Shown: positions 62,592-64,000 of the stretch, one piece after another
How positions within the stretch are numbered: the first letter of the stretch is position 1
How the letters are laid out: every line of letters starts with the position of its first letter
Origin: Podarcis erhardii
Lineage: Eukaryota
Length of the DNA stretch: 64,000 nt
Assembly (NCBI GenBank): GCA_964252035.1
Contig: OZ176202.1
Reading direction: 5' to 3' (one strand)
Made by a program: the position numbers and the translations under genes
The notes under the pieces: model-generated
The model's database searches: none
What the model was told of the DNA's origin: nothing
Seen by the model: only the letters and a program-made list of their open reading frames with translations

Positions 62592-62990
62592 TGTCAGGAG
62601 TGCGTGCAGGAGCCAGGCCCTGTGACCAGTAGGGCTTTGCAGGACTGGGGCCTTCCTAAACTTGTTCTGGAGAGGCAAGGCGCAGCCACACAGGTGAGAC
62701 CGCTTGGTAACTCACTGCACCTGGTGGCAAGAGCTGGGAAGGGATATAAGGTCAGCATTTCCCTTCGGCTCTTTGCCACAGCAACAGATTTCCTGCCTTG
62801 CTGCGTTTGGCTTCTTGCTTCCTGACTCCCTGCTTCTTGATCCTCGGACCGTTGACTTCATGACTCCTTGCTTCCTGACACTCGGACCCCCGGCTTCTGG
62901 ACTCTCGTTCCTGCTCTCACCCCGCCATCTTGCTCCCAGTCCTTACATCGTCAGCCGGGACTTTGACCCACTGTAGACTGGACCGTGACA
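62592..62990 (+). mobile_element. Solo LTR (probably Gypsy-type), 399 bp
   Basis: TGTCA...TGACA termini, an exact 5-bp TSD CAAGG at 62587-62591 and 62991-62995, TATA-like GATATAAG at 62743-62750, and CTCTTTGCC about 25 bp downstream. Confidence 0.88.
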
Positions 62991-64000
62991 CAAGGTGCAA
63001 CAGAACAAGGTCTCATTTCTGTGTATGCAGGGGTGCACCTAGCGGTTGGCCAGACTGACCACCACCAAGGACACAGGCCCAGGGTGTGTGTGTAAAAACC
63101 GTGTCTCTCCACTCTGGCTTTGACTTGCTAGGAGGCCATCTGCCTGTCTCCGTGCTCCTTGGGTCACTGCTCTTCTGCTCCTTCTGGCCAACATCTTCTT
63201 GCCAAGGGCACGAGGGAGTCTGGGTACGCCTCTGTGTGACTGTGATGGAATTCAAAGTTCCTGTTTGCCTCCTTCGTTCGGCCGCATGTGACAGAACCAT
63301 ATGCCAGGAAAGCAATCAGCTATTCATTTGAAGGTCCGAAAAATTGAGGCAGTCAGGCAGTTATAGGATTAGACCATAATCCAAAGCATGCTCAGCCAGA
63401 GGGAAAAACACACACAATCAGAAAATGCTGCACACAAAACAGACGTCCTTAACTTTAGTTTGTTCTGCTGATTTTGGTGAGTGTACACAAATGTTGAGCT
63501 GGGGGGAATTTTTTAAAGAAAAGGTTAGGTAAACCTTAGAAGTGATATCTCAGGCAACTCAATTTTCAGATGTTTCTTTTTTAAAAAAAGGTTTCACTTA
63601 ATTGCGTGGCTCACAGGAGAGCTGTATGTTGCCTCTGCCAGGCCCCCTCCCCATCAAGTACCGTTTGTGCATGTCATGTTATCACCACCTCCTCTGTGTT
63701 TTGATCCATCCCACTGTTTCTCCTTTTGCATGTCATGCTGACCAAGGCTCCTGACTCATCCATCACATGAGACAACAGAAAGGAGACCTGGCTTTATCTT
63801 TTGTTTCATACTGTTTCCCCACTGTTCTAACAAGTACAATGACACAGACTTTATGTAATTTTTCACCCTCTGGGCAAAGACAGGCTGGGGCCGGGGGGGG
63901 GGGAGGTGAGTTAGTTCACTGCTTAGTCTCAGAAATCAGCAGGTCTCAAAATACATTGCAAATAGTCTGTTTTGTAACATTTACAGCAGAGACACTTTGA

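Noticed and set aside
62432-63293. Possible older LTR (TGTCA at 62432 ... TGACA at 63293) enclosing the solo LTR
   Set aside because: The flanks (AAGGG versus GAACC) do not form a TSD.
63767-63912. Plus-strand ORF with a strong donor GAG|GTGAGT near 63905
   Set aside because: There is no recognisable protein similarity and it contains a poly-G run. An isolated donor match is expected by chance.
1-64000. CRISPR arrays, prokaryotic defence or operon-like systems, rRNA, autonomous transposase or retroviral genes
   Set aside because: I saw no regularly spaced repeat-spacer array, no dense ORF clusters and no intact pol or transposase frames. The window is an intron-rich vertebrate locus.

Overview
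This window is vertebrate genomic DNA, almost certainly from a squamate reptile and probably a lacertid lizard, judged from the Sauria SINE, a Ther1/MIR-derived Squam3-like SINE, CR1/L2 LINE debris and hAT/Tc1 MITEs. It holds the 5' part of one gene, SIPA1L2 (Rap GTPase-activating protein with RapGAP and PDZ domains), on the minus strand. I traced 13 coding exons by hand from the ATG at 36434 to the donor at 112. All introns are GT-AG and the phases are consistent, giving 4007 nt (1335 codons + 2 nt). The gene continues past the left edge of the window. A CpG-island promoter with CCAAT and GC boxes lies at about 52.2-53.35 kb, with candidate non-coding leader exons. The region 53.4-64 kb is upstream intergenic DNA with repeats, including an intact solo LTR. 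I found no tRNA, rRNA, CRISPR or prokaryote-type system, and no convincing second protein-coding gene. The most interesting signals are regulatory or structural and are inferences: a uORF-packed leader with an exon-spanning strong-Kozak uORF, an AG|GTATGT recursive-splice-like junction at the first coding exon, a composite hAT element with a perfect 8-bp TSD, a solo LTR with TATA box and TSD, two exact FOX:ETS motifs, and a candidate poison microexon. Comparisons with human SIPA1L2 and repeat consensus sequences are from memory, not from a database search.
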